A stretch of 63,861 nucleotides of DNA, filler included, from Barthelona sp. PAP020 (Eukaryota), in NCBI GenBank assembly GCA_040182905.1. It is 3 parts of 3 records of this genome, joined end to end, with 100 filler letters (N's around TTAATTAATTAA, not from the genome) between each part and the next. Parts side by side here need not be neighbours in the genome. Positions count along the whole stretch, not along the records: positions 1 to 22,730 come from JARQWU010000173.1; positions 22,831 to 45,471 come from JARQWU010000174.1; 1 more part is not named here. One strand, written 5' to 3'. Shown here piece by piece: positions 22,262 through 33,500 of the stretch (positions are counted from its first letter, which is position 1; every line of letters begins with the position of its first letter). Under the pieces are notes generated by a model. It made no database searches. It was not told the origin of the DNA and was given only the letters and a program-made list of their open reading frames with translations. Position numbers and translations under genes: made by a program.

Positions 22262-22503
22262 AATTGGTCCAGTTGTGAAATAACTATATTTATTTACAAA
22301 GGAAGTAAACGCAGAAAACTCATTATATTAAATCTCAGTCAAAACCCCAGAGGGAATTGAGGGACAGAAATACAATTTTAACTTTACTTTACAAAATCTA
22401 AAGTTTTCAACAGATCAATCAGACCTTGAAAGCCTGTAACCGAATAAACACAATTCTTTTTTATTCACGAATACGCACAGTGCTTCTTGGCTTGGAAATA
22501 AAC
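22262..22503. repeat. Dispersed repeat copy B with extended 5' part
   Basis: Core 22396-22503 matches 1-108; 22262-22395 matches 44112-44240. Confidence 0.88.
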
Positions 22504-22636
22504 AAAAAACTCATTAAAAAATTAAATCACACATTGGTAATATTTCCACGTTGAATGATTCACAGTATTTATTCTGAAAAAATTATCAATCCAAAAATTA
22601 ACATGCAAATCATTAATCAATATTAAAATTGCCGTA

Positions 22637-22708
22637 GCGAGTATAGCTCAGTGGTAGAGCATCGGATTGCAAATCCGTGGGTCATCAGTTCAACTCTGGT
22701 TACTCGCT
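22637..22708 (+). tRNA. tRNA-Cys(GCA)
   Basis: GCGAGTA/TACTCGC acceptor stem, D arm GCTC-AGTGGTA-GAGC, anticodon loop TT-GCA-AA, T loop TTCAACT, U73 discriminator, followed by a T-run. Confidence 0.95.
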
Positions 22709-22730
22709 TTTTAAACCAAAAATTTAAGTT

Positions 22731-22830
22731 NNNNNNNNNNNNNNNNNNNNNNNNNNNNNNNNNNNNNNNNNNNNTTAATTAATTAANNNNNNNNNNNNNN
22801 NNNNNNNNNNNNNNNNNNNNNNNNNNNNNN
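22731..22830. other. Artificial contig linker (44N-TTAATTAATTAA-44N)
   Basis: All-frame stop spacer flanked by Ns; identical at 45472. Confidence 0.97.
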
Positions 22831-22991
22831 CACAACAGACCAGTGACAAGTAACCCAAACTCTAACCTTGAACAGTAAAAGCTTTTATCAAATGTTTATT
22901 ATTTTGTCGAGTGAATTTTGTTGAAAATGTGAACTCATTGTTGAAGTTGTCAGACTCGATCCCATTTCCCAATATTTGATGAGATAAAATT

Positions 22992-23065
22992 CGACCGTGA
23001 GAGGACTCGAACCCCTAACCTTCTGATCCGTAGTCAGATGCCCTGTCCAATTAGGCCACACGGTC
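22992..23065 (-). tRNA. tRNA-Arg(ACG)
   Basis: Reverse complement GACCGTG TG GCCT AATTGGAC AGGGC A TCTGA CT ACG GA TCAGA AGGTT AGGGG TTCGAGT CCTCT CACGGTC G forms a cloverleaf. Confidence 0.95.
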
Positions 23066-23269
23066 ATATAAATCGTGGTTTTTCTAATGTGTAACAAAAT
23101 AAAAATTCTTTTTAAAATTTCTTTAAACATTTCCTCATTTTAAAAATAAAATAATTTTTTAGCAGATTTTCTTCATAATTAAACATATAAAATGTTGACA
23201 TGGAAAAATTTTTTTAAACAATTTAATTGATCTGATTGTGAAATTATTAAACTAGATTTTTAAAAAGAT

Positions 23270-23558
23270 ATTTATTCATAAAGTAAAAGCAATCAGAAAA
23301 ACTCATTTCTTTAAATTTCAACTACAGAAAATAAGTAGCTGCAATTGAATCTTGGTCATCAGGTGTGAAAATTTTAGAAAATTTTCCATTCCCATTCTTT
23401 TGTATTTTTGTAGAAACAAAATTTTAAAGTTTAAACTTTACTTTAGAAAATCTAAAGTTTTTCAATATACCAATCGGGCCTCGAAAACCTTTAACCAAAA
23501 TTTACACTATTCTCTTTTGTTCACTCATACGCACAGTGTTTCCTTGACTGGAAATAAC
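23270..23558. repeat. Dispersed repeat copy C
   Basis: Core 23450-23558 matches 1-108; the upstream part resembles 22290-22395. Confidence 0.85.
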
Positions 23559-23971
23559 TAAAGGAAAATTAAAAGACAAAATATTATTTTAAAATTAAAT
23601 AATATAAACAATGTAAAGATTTTACAAACATTTTCACAAAGAAGACATGTATAACCCACATATAGGACAGTAGTTAAGATACAAGCATTATTCGGAGAGT
23701 TCAACAAAAGTCGAAGAAACTTCAGATAAGACCTCAAACATAAAGATAACGTCAACAAGAACAATTCTTTGCTTCAAGAATACAGAATTTAATCCTTTAG
23801 GTCGCATTCTTTTTTTTAGGCGTCGAACATCCCAAAATCTTCGTCATCGAAAAACTTCTAACTATACCAAACCCCAACGTAATGGGTTAACATAAAAATA
23901 AAAGTCTTTTAAATTTATGAAAAACTACATATTTTTCTCATTTCTAATTTTTGGATTCAACAAAAGCAAAA

Positions 23972-24078
23972 TTCTAAAGTTCTTCAACCGATACATTGGG
24001 CTTCGAAAGTATTTAACCCAATAAACACCATTCTTTCTTATTTAATCATACACTCAGCGCTTCTTAGCTTGGAAATAA
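23972..24078. repeat. Dispersed repeat copy D (more diverged)
   Basis: ttctaaagttcttcaaccgatacattgggcttcgaaag...cagcgcttcttagcttggaaataa. Confidence 0.8.
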
Positions 24079-24191
24079 GAATTGGTTCGATTGTGGAACT
24101 ACTGAATTTCTTTTTTAGAACAGTAAATTCCTGTCGTTAATCAGTATATTCGAGCAAACATAAGCGTGTTTATTGTATTATGACATGTAAC

Positions 24192-24323
24192 TCAAACAAA
24201 TGTCAAGCATTTGTAGTTTATCCATATTGGAACATATTTTTGAAAGGAAAAAAACCGCAAAATATCTTGAGTGGTGTTAGTATTTATAAATTCCACGGTT
24301 TTTGTAATCACACTTTCTGGAAA
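24192..24323 (-). pseudogene. Decayed F-box-like gene fragment divergent from the kinase gene
   Basis: Minus frame reads FPESVITKTVEFINTNTTQDILRFFSFQKYVPIW; the same frame is kept in the copy at 44460-44612. Confidence 0.4.
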
Positions 24324-24486
24324 TCAAAAATATGATTTGTGTTAAAGGAGTGCTTTCAAGATAAATAACAAATATTGAACAGAATTATACTTTAATGAAT
24401 AATACAATAAATTGAATTCCAACAGAAAGCTAAAAAAAAAGTTGAAAAGATTTTTTCAACATTTCATCATCATTCTTTTTTCACCC

Positions 24487-26724
24487 ATGTTCACCTTCGA
24501 AGAAAATCAAGGGTCACACGAACTAGAACAACGTGCAAAGAAACGCAAAAAAATTGTTAAAGAACCAGAAGAAGACGCTTTTGAAAAATTGGATAATTTT
24601 TTGAAATCGAATGACATTAATATACCAGGAGGGGAGTTTGAAATAGTTAAGTTTAATTTCAAAATGGGCGGTTTTGGCTTCTTGCATCTTGGCAAGAGAT
24701 ATGAAAAGCTTGTTGTTATAAAATTCTTTATTGAAAATGTTACTGATGTTGACCTTACCAAGGAATGCTTTCCTATTGTTCTAAATCATCAATTCATTCG
24801 ACAAGTCTTTGGAATTACCGAGATTGATGGAAAGAAAGGTGTTGTTATGGAGTATTGTGATACAGTTCTTGAAGATATGATACCAGAGTTGTCTTTGAAG
24901 GAGAAGTTGGTTATTATGATGCAGGTTTCATCTGCGCTTGAGTTTTGTCATGGGAAAGGTGTTATGCATAGAGATCTTAAACCAAATAATGTGTTGTTGA
25001 GACGTGGTGTAGATGGGACGTATACGCCTGCAATTGCTGATTTTGGGCTTGTTCGTGATGCAAACAGGAGCTCCGCCAATTCCATGATGGGTGCTGCGAG
25101 ATATGCTGCTCCTGAGTTAGCCAATGAAGAGGAGAACATAATAGGGACGGCTGTTGACGCATGGTCTTTTGGTGTAATGTTGACTCAGGTCATTTCTGGG
25201 TTTGTTCCTTTTGAAGGGTTGAGTGAGTTGAAAGTCATAGCAAAATTGATCAAGGGTCAACTTCCGTATGCTCAAGAATTGTTGGACACGATACCTGGGT
25301 TTGGAATCATCAAGAGGTGTTTGACTGTTGAGGCAGCTGTCAGGCCAAGATTCAGTGAGATTACTGAGTATTTGCAGATGTTGATTGAGCGTTTTGAGGG
25401 ATTGGGTTTCGACGAGAAGAGGTTGGTGAAGAGAGTTGCGACCTTGGAAGAGGAAAAGAACAGTTGGCTTTTGGAAAAAACTGGGTATGAAGAGAAGGTT
25501 CAGAGTTTGACAGGGAAGGTTGATGAATTAAATGATGAAAACGGTGAGTTGAAAGCTAAAGAGGAGAAATGGATGAATGAAAACAAAGAATTGGTTAATC
25601 AAGTAGACAATTTTATGGAAAAAAATAGAAACTGGATGAATATAAACCAAGAATTATCAGATCAAGTCGATCATTTGACAAACCAATTGAATGAACTTAT
25701 GAATAACAATGAGGGAAAACAACTTGTTTCAACTGATTTAACTGACCAGTTGAATGAACTTGTGAACAACAGTGATGGACAACAACTAGCTGAAAATACA
25801 AAGCAAATTGTTCATGCCGTCGAAAGATTTAAAGAAAGGCCTGAGTTCAGTGAAGATTTTCCTGATAAATTCGTTTATACACTTGATTACAGCCCAAATG
25901 GACGCTTTTTTGCGGTTTCAGGATATAAAAGTAAATTGCTCAAAGTCTACAACGCTGAAACACATGAAATTGTGCATGAAAGGAAGTATTTGAAGGCTCT
26001 TGGTCTCAATTTTAGTCCAGACTCCAACTTATTGGCTGTTGGTGGTGATGGTCCAGCAATTCATATCATTGAGGTTGATACTTGGAGAACAATAAGAGTG
26101 ATTAGTGATATGGCAAAGAATGTATCAAGTGTGTGGTTCTCATCAGATGGCAATTTGCTTTCTTTTGGTATGCAAAACGGTTACATTGGCATATACACGG
26201 TTGAAGGACAGAAGTTGCATGAATCTCGAGCTCATGAAGAATATGTTTACTCTGTACGTATCAGCTCTGATATGAAGTACTTTGCTTCTGTCAGCAATGA
26301 TGGATGTTCAAAGTTGTTTTCATTGAAGACCTACGAAGAGCTTTACACGTGGAGTCATGGTAGGAAGGTGGTCAACTCAGGCAACTTCTCACCTGATAGT
26401 GCTTATTGGGTGACAGGTAATACCAATGGCACAGTCAGGATATTTGATGTTGAATCTAGAGAGCTGTTGGGAAAGTACAAGGTTCATGATAGTTGGGTAT
26501 ACTCAATCATCTTCTCCCAAGATGGTTCATTGATCTACTCTGGTTCTTCTGATGGATCATTTGCTGTAATTCGAAGAGAAACAGGGCAAGTGTTGCAGAA
26601 AGTGGGTGTGCGTTTTGAAAATTGTGCTATGGCCCTCAACCATGATGGAACTCGTTTGTTGTGTAGTGGATGTAATTATTGGAATAATGCCCCAATCCAA
26701 GAGTTCATTGCTTCAAACCTGTAA
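24487..26724 (+). CDS. Protein kinase - coiled coil - WD40 beta-propeller protein
   Basis: GGFG, VVIK, HRDLKPNN, DFG, APE, DAWSFG; heptad-rich middle; ~7 WD-like blades; N-terminal RAKKRKK NLS-like motif. Confidence 0.92.
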   Translation: MFTFEENQGSHELEQRAKKRKKIVKEPEEDAFEKLDNFLKSNDINIPGGEFEIVKFNFKMGGFGFLHLGKRYEKLVVIKFFIENVTDVDLTKECFPIVLNHQFIRQVFGITEIDGKKGVVMEYCDTVLEDMIPELSLKEKLVIMMQVSSALEFCHGKGVMHRDLKPNNVLLRRGVDGTYTPAIADFGLVRDANRSSANSMMGAARYAAPELANEEENIIGTAVDAWSFGVMLTQVISGFVPFEGLSELKVIAKLIKGQLPYAQELLDTIPGFGIIKRCLTVEAAVRPRFSEITEYLQMLIERFEGLGFDEKRLVKRVATLEEEKNSWLLEKTGYEEKVQSLTGKVDELNDENGELKAKEEKWMNENKELVNQVDNFMEKNRNWMNINQELSDQVDHLTNQLNELMNNNEGKQLVSTDLTDQLNELVNNSDGQQLAENTKQIVHAVERFKERPEFSEDFPDKFVYTLDYSPNGRFFAVSGYKSKLLKVYNAETHEIVHERKYLKALGLNFSPDSNLLAVGGDGPAIHIIEVDTWRTIRVISDMAKNVSSVWFSSDGNLLSFGMQNGYIGIYTVEGQKLHESRAHEEYVYSVRISSDMKYFASVSNDGCSKLFSLKTYEELYTWSHGRKVVNSGNFSPDSAYWVTGNTNGTVRIFDVESRELLGKYKVHDSWVYSIIFSQDGSLIYSGSSDGSFAVIRRETGQVLQKVGVRFENCAMALNHDGTRLLCSGCNYWNNAPIQEFIASNL

Positions 26725-27029
26725 AACCCACATTGCATTTTGCACTTAAACCTCATGATTACATGTTCACCTCGCTTCTCAGGTTTTCAACTTGTAAATT
26801 TAAAACACATTTTCATTTAATCATTTAATTCATATTCGTATTGTTCTTCAACCACACGAGTCACTCCACACCCCTATAACAACATACACCACCTATCAAC
26901 CCAATAAAACCAAAACAATCAAATGATTTGAGAAATTCAAACCCCTAAACTTTTGTCCTCTTGTTTTTGCGAGGATTTTCACATTTAGACAAACACCCGT
27001 TTCTTTGAACTAATTCAACCGGCAGCTAT

Positions 27030-27425
27030 CATGAACTCTCAGGCAAATAATTCAAAGCAGGTAACCTGTATTTAATTTTCACTAAATTGCACTTTCACTT
27101 GGTCAATTGTGGCAAATATTTACCATTGATGGGATAATTATGCATCAAGTATGTACAAATAGTCTAGCAAGGATATTTGATTTTGATCTGGAAAGTTTTT
27201 TGGGAAAATAACAATTTCATAATGTTAAAGCTGCATATTCTGTTGATTCCTAAGATGTTTTATTGTTTTGCTTTGGTTTCAACCCATCATTTTGCAGAGA
27301 TTCAAACACACAAATGGTGTGGCTTTGAAGTATATTCGATGACCTTCACAGCAGAACTCGTTTATAATATGATAAAAGCAATGCTTGGAATGGTGATGGG
27401 ACATAGGAATTCATTTCATTTCTGA
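27030..27425 (+). pseudogene. Decayed WD40 fragment paralogous to the upstream kinase-WD40 C-terminus
   Basis: TNSLARIFDFDLESFLGK*QFH..AYSV and TRL*..NAWN...*EFIS align with TNGTVRIFDVESRELLGKYKVH..VYSI and TRLL..NYWN..QEFIA. Confidence 0.7.
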
Positions 27426-27520
27426 AATAAATTCAACAAAAAAAAAAAAAAATTTCACATAATGTTTTGTGCTTTTTATACATATATTATGCTCTTGAAT
27501 TTGTTAGTGTTGGATTTCAC

Positions 27521-30500
27521 TTAAATTCGCTGGTTCGTTCGACATACTTGAACTTCTTGACTTGCACAATAAATCGCCAATGTGAATTCTCCTCGCTTTT
27601 TTGGATTAAACCCAGCTTCTTCCAACAACAAAGGAACAATAGAATATACAAAACCATCGGTTAAATCAATGGACAGATTTAAATATATATTGCTCCCGTC
27701 ATTACTGATTCCAGGCTCGATAATATTCTCAGCTTGAAATGGTCCATCCACAGGGACATGAGAATGTCGCCAAACACAGAGAGCTGCGGGAAATTTAGGA
27801 GAATTTTCCTTCTCAAAATTAGAACTAGCAGGTTGTGTTAATTCGATGTGGATTTCAAGAATCTGTTTGTTAACATGCTCACATAAGATTAGATATTGAG
27901 GAGCCAGATGCTGCTTTTCAAAATTTTCTGTACTTAAATACTGAGCCGTTTCTTCGTGCCAATAACCAGTGATCGTATACTTAAACATTGAGCTTAAAGT
28001 TATGCTCGGAAGATACCATTGGAAATCCTCCAAAAACTCCTGAAACGTAACCCAATATCCCATAATTTTTTCATTCTTAACGGAAGCAAACACTTGTTGA
28101 TGAAGCGAATGGTTCCAACTGGGGGAGTTCTTTGCAAATTCCCCATTGAATTTAGTACATTCGAAACTTTCGATCAAAGGGATGATATTCAAGAGTTTAA
28201 GGCGTCTGGAATTATTCACAGTTTCGACCGTTTTTCTTACAAGGAAATATGTGTTTGAAGGTAATCCATGTCTGGTAAGATGAGAATCTGTACAATCTTT
28301 TTCGTTGAAATGATCATCTAAATCAATTCTTTTGGAAACAACGTCATCCTCACTAACGTTTTCGGTCTGACATAAACAAAAAAATCCATCTTTCTTGCTG
28401 GTCCAACTAAGTTGAATAAATGCATGAGCACATTTTGTTCTTGTTTCTAAAACGTTTTTGCAAATCATTACATCGCCTCTAGCTCCAAATAACATTCTCA
28501 AGGCTAATGGAATGGAAAATTGATCCATAATCGTATCTAAACTTCTAAAAACACTATAAATCATTTGGTCCATCAACCAGGGCAGAATGCAATCCTTGTC
28601 GACTTCATCATACAGGCAAAAGTATTTATTCAACTCATTATTGTAGTAAAACGGAGCATAACCATCAAGAATTAGATAATCAACATGTTCTTGATTGTAA
28701 TAGGCAAACAAAAACATTCCTTGCTTAATACAACACCGTTCTACTAATGAATCCAACAATTCATATCTATTTAGTATTTTAATTGCTAGCAGAATTGGTT
28801 TTATTAAAGGAAAGAAAAGTGAAGAATGTATTTTTTCAATGTTTGTCAATTTTATCGTTGGAAGGTCAAAGATGTCTGAATAATGTATTAATCGTATGTT
28901 AGTACACTTTTTCATTCTTTTGAAATAGGCTTCGTTTAAAATTGCAGTTTGATTACAAAAATGTTTCAAGTAGTGATCGTTGTCCTTGTCGCTGTCCTTG
29001 TCAGTTTTCTTTTGTTTTTCATTCAATAATAAAAGTTCAATAAATTCCATGTTTCTAGCAATAAAGTGATTATCCCTAGATTGAAATGCGCTATCATACA
29101 TCATTGTTTTTTTTAAAGTGTTCAAGCTTTCAATACAATCGGTACACAATACACTAATAATATCAAAAATACTACTGATTTCTGTAACATCTAGCAAATC
29201 ATAAGTCTCTTTACAATTCTTTAGCAAAATTTTAATGTCTTGATATTTATTAAAGATAATGACCAATTCATCAATGAAATTTGAAAATTTCTTCGTTCTC
29301 AATTTTGCTAGAATCTTCTTGTTTAATTTTAATTCTTGCTGAATGTTTACAATTAAAGATTTTTTGCTTTTTAAAAGTTTCGAAAGTTCTTTTTTTTTCC
29401 TTCGAGTCTTTTTTCTACTATTAGTTTTTGTGTTTGGACTAGCGTCAGTGTTCGTATTTGTGTATGTTTTATTTGTGTCAATATCATCATCATTATCCTC
29501 CAGATCAGAATCTTGTTTTATTTTCAAACGATTCCTTCGTTCAGAAGTTATTTCTAAAGGTGTTGTTGATTTGACAGATTTAGAATTGCTGCTACTACTA
29601 GCACTTAAACTGATATTCGATTTTTTGAAAGCTGTGTCTTGATCATTTTTGGACTCATTCTCCACAATAATATAAGTGTTATCAGCGGAATTTACTGGAA
29701 AATAGTTTTCTTCAACAAATAAATTTGAACGATTAACTTCAACGATATTATTGTCATCCTCTTCATCATCTTCATCCTCTTCATCATTTTTGCTTTCATC
29801 ATCTACACTTTCATCAATAACCTCATCCTCACTAAAATTAGCATCAATCGTCTTAATTACTGGTGAAATAAGGAAATCTCCTTCCATCTCCTCTTCTTTT
29901 TCTTCAGTAACCATCAAATCATGTAATTGTTTAAAACTCTCTTCCATAATTCGACTCTGTATCATAGTTCCATCCAATAGTGAATTACCAATGTCAATTT
30001 GATCAGAATTATCAGTTACATTATTTTGATTAAAATCAACGCTGGAACTACCCTTTTCTTCTTCATTGAGAACTCCTCCTGTTGATGAATATTTGGATTC
30101 AACAGAAGTATCCCTCTCCCGATTACTATTTGAATATAATATTTTGCTATGTAAGGAAGAATAGTCATCTGTGTTATTCAATGAACCAACGGAAACTACG
30201 GTATCCATATCACTAACGGAAGAATTAGGATAAACAATAGACTCATTGAATGCCCCGATTCCCAGGTTCAAAACCCCTGGGCCTTGACTTCCTCGTCTCC
30301 CAACACCGGCCAAGGGAAATATACCAGGACTATCATCCGTTTGATAGTTCATCACAACTTCCGTTTCTAAATCACTGACCTCATTTTTATCATTATAAGT
30401 ATAATTAGTCTCTTTCACGCATGACCCCGGAAATTCGATTTCACTTGAGTCACAGTTGTGGCTTAACTCACCATCAACTTCCACATTGGTGTTTCTATTT

Positions 30501-33500
30501 CCAACATTCACAGAGTTCTTATGGCTAGGGGAATACTTAACCTTAACCCCAATGTTATGATCAGAAAGGGATAACGTAGAATTAGGGGCTTTTGAATCGG
30601 TAACCTGTTCAATTAAACGGAGGTTAATTTTGACAGCCCCGTTTGTGTTGGCAACATTGATTCTTTGTCTTAAACCAAGAAACATTCGATATTCCTCTCT
30701 GATCATCTCCTGTTCTTCTACACTCATCTTAAGAACCTTATTCAGATCAAAATCTTGTCTACATTCCTCAATGTATTGATTGATAAAGTAGTTACGTTGT
30801 TCAAGTTCAACCAAACTTGTTTCAATCAAGTTTACAAAGAACTTGCCTAGCAGTTGCTTCTCCTTCACATGAAACGCTATTAATTGAATGCTGATATTGT
30901 ACATTTGTCCTTCTAAAAGATTTTTATTATAGAGGTTTTCAGCATCACGTTTACTTCTTATTTCAGTTACCAATCGATCATAATGAGGGGTTTCAATAAT
31001 GTATGTAATCTCATCATTATCCAAAACATCAAAATTATTGAATAGACAAATGTCTTCACCGTTTAAGTGTCTAGTGATCAACATATGTTCCAACTCAATG
31101 AATTTTAAAGAGTTTTTGATAACAGCCCATTCGTTGAACTCTTCAATGATGGATTGTAAGCTCGAAGAATCAGCGGTTTCATCTTTGAAAAAATTTTTCT
31201 TCCTCTTAACGGAAGAATTTTTGGACATTTGATCAACAATACGACATATACCATTCAGATCAACTCCATTCATTGTGTCCACAACCTGGGAGATTAAATC
31301 TGGACTAAAACAAAAATAATATCTCAAAAATGCTTCCAATACAGATGTCTTAAACCCACAATAAATAATTTCCAAACAGATGATACTTCCTAAAATTAAA
31401 AACACAAAGTTACTGTTTAAGGTTACAAATATGAGAGAAAAAGATAAAAAAATGAAAACAAACCAACTAGCCAACAGGATCAATTCATGTTTTTTGTTAC
31501 GAACAAAGGTTTTTAACCTTTTATCAAAAACTAACGATGGAAACAAATGCTCATTCAGATACACTTTAGCAGAATGCTTTGAACTACCAAAGAATGTGGT
31601 GATTTTATATCTGGAAATAGAGTATTGATTCAAAGTACAAACAGCAAAAAAAATCATGATTAAAGCAAAAATATACGAACTGCTAACGGATATCTGATGA
31701 AACTGATAGTATGAAAATACAAGACAAAAGATGAAAGCAGAAGCAATGAAGGCGTATTTTAAGAAGTTCTTTTTTTCAATAGCTTTTGAAGATATATACA
31801 ACCATAAGGGAATCAAAGCAGTTAAAGCAATCCATACTGGGAAAAACCCACTAAAATATTTCGCAAAAAATCCTTTGAAAAATATCATATATTCAATGGG
31901 TAAAACAACCACAAAATGTAACATCATCAACAAAAGTATAATAAATGCAACGTTGTTTATATTCTTATCATAAAAAAAACAATAAACGTTCAATAAATAA
32001 TGAACCAAAGGAAACAAAATACAAGCTATTCCAAAACCAGTCACATGTTCATCGAACAATGTTTCTTCTAGATCACATTGATAGGTCTCCCATCTAGCAA
32101 TTTCCTGAATCACAAGCATAAATACCGAATTTACGAGACTGAAATAATTATTTCCCTTGTTACCATTGAACGATTGTATGATGACCATCAAGAAAAAAAC
32201 ACAAGAACTACCATAAACAACTACCATATCAGCAATAGAAGGAGAATCAAATGAACAGTAATACAAGACATAGAATTGAATACCAAAATTAAATATCATC
32301 AAAAGATTCAACAAAATTCTTGGAAAAGTATATAATGGCTGTAAAATTGGCTCTTCAGATCGAAAAAACTGATAATCTAATATGTCCATCATTTTAAGTT
32401 GTAATAACATAGATAAACTAGCAGGAATTGCCAATAACACTGTCAACACCATATCTGGCCAACTAATTGCACGTAAACTTTTCTCAAATGCATAAAAAAC
32501 GAGATATATCACACCAATACTGACTATCATTGAAAAAATAGCTTTAATCATGTATCTAATGATAAAAGTGGGTGTTTTTTTATTAAAAATACAAATAACG
32601 TCTTTATTCTCTGCAGAATTTTCATCATCAGTCTTTAAATAATTGATCATCTCTTCTACAGTTAGTTCATCATCGATATCGCACTTTTGCAATAATTTCA
32701 GAACTTTATAACGTGTAACGTTATGTTCACCTTCATTGAATTTTAAAATCCATGAAAATAATGCATAGATGACAGGGATAATACCCAATAAACTTATCCC
32801 AATAAATATAAATTTGAAGTCAAAATCACTGATGTCTTGATTGAATGCTGGATCTTTTTGTAGCAAATATTCATTAATTACGAAGGAACAAAAATAAAAA
32901 AACAACAAAAAAATTTTCGAATTAAAAAAGTAATTCACGTTAATCAATGCATTAAAATCACGATATTCAGTAGAAGACAGGTAAAATTGTTGTTCTTGCT
33001 CATTTTCATAAAAAAATTGCTGTTTAGAGTTCTTTACACCTAAACTACCGATGATTTGTATGATAAAAAAACATAATACAAAAAAGAAACTAAAGCGATA
33101 GCCATTTAAAAAATCTAACTCACAAACAATCAAATGAGCAACGAATAATATTTCAGTATACAATGCCATTATGCTTGCTCTACGAAGATCACCTAACAAA
33201 GGAAAAAATATAATGCTGATGAATATAGGTGCAAAAATTCGAAAACTTACAAAGAAAAAGGGTGCATAATCTAAATTAAACAAATATGATATAATTCCTG
33301 GCATAAAGCCCATACTTAAGCAAAACAAACAAAAGATTAAAGTCTCTTCCAACCTTCTAATCGTAACAGGAGAAACATCATCAAATTGGGCACTCCGTAT
33401 CAACTTTCTTATCGATAAGATTGGCAAATAATTAACATGAACAAAGAATATGGGCAAACTAGTAATAAAAGGCAAAAAACCAACAACTATTATGGCCAAT

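Noticed and set aside
22775..22786. TTAATTAATTAA palindrome as a biological site (piggyBac-type TTAA or recombination site)
   Set aside because: Centred in Ns at both gaps; it is an all-frame stop linker added during contig concatenation
22850..22870. Telomere-like taacccaaactctaacc at contig start
   Set aside because: Too short and irregular to be a telomeric array
22637..23065. Convergent tRNA-Cys/tRNA-Arg cluster
   Set aside because: Separated by an artificial linker, so physical adjacency is not demonstrated
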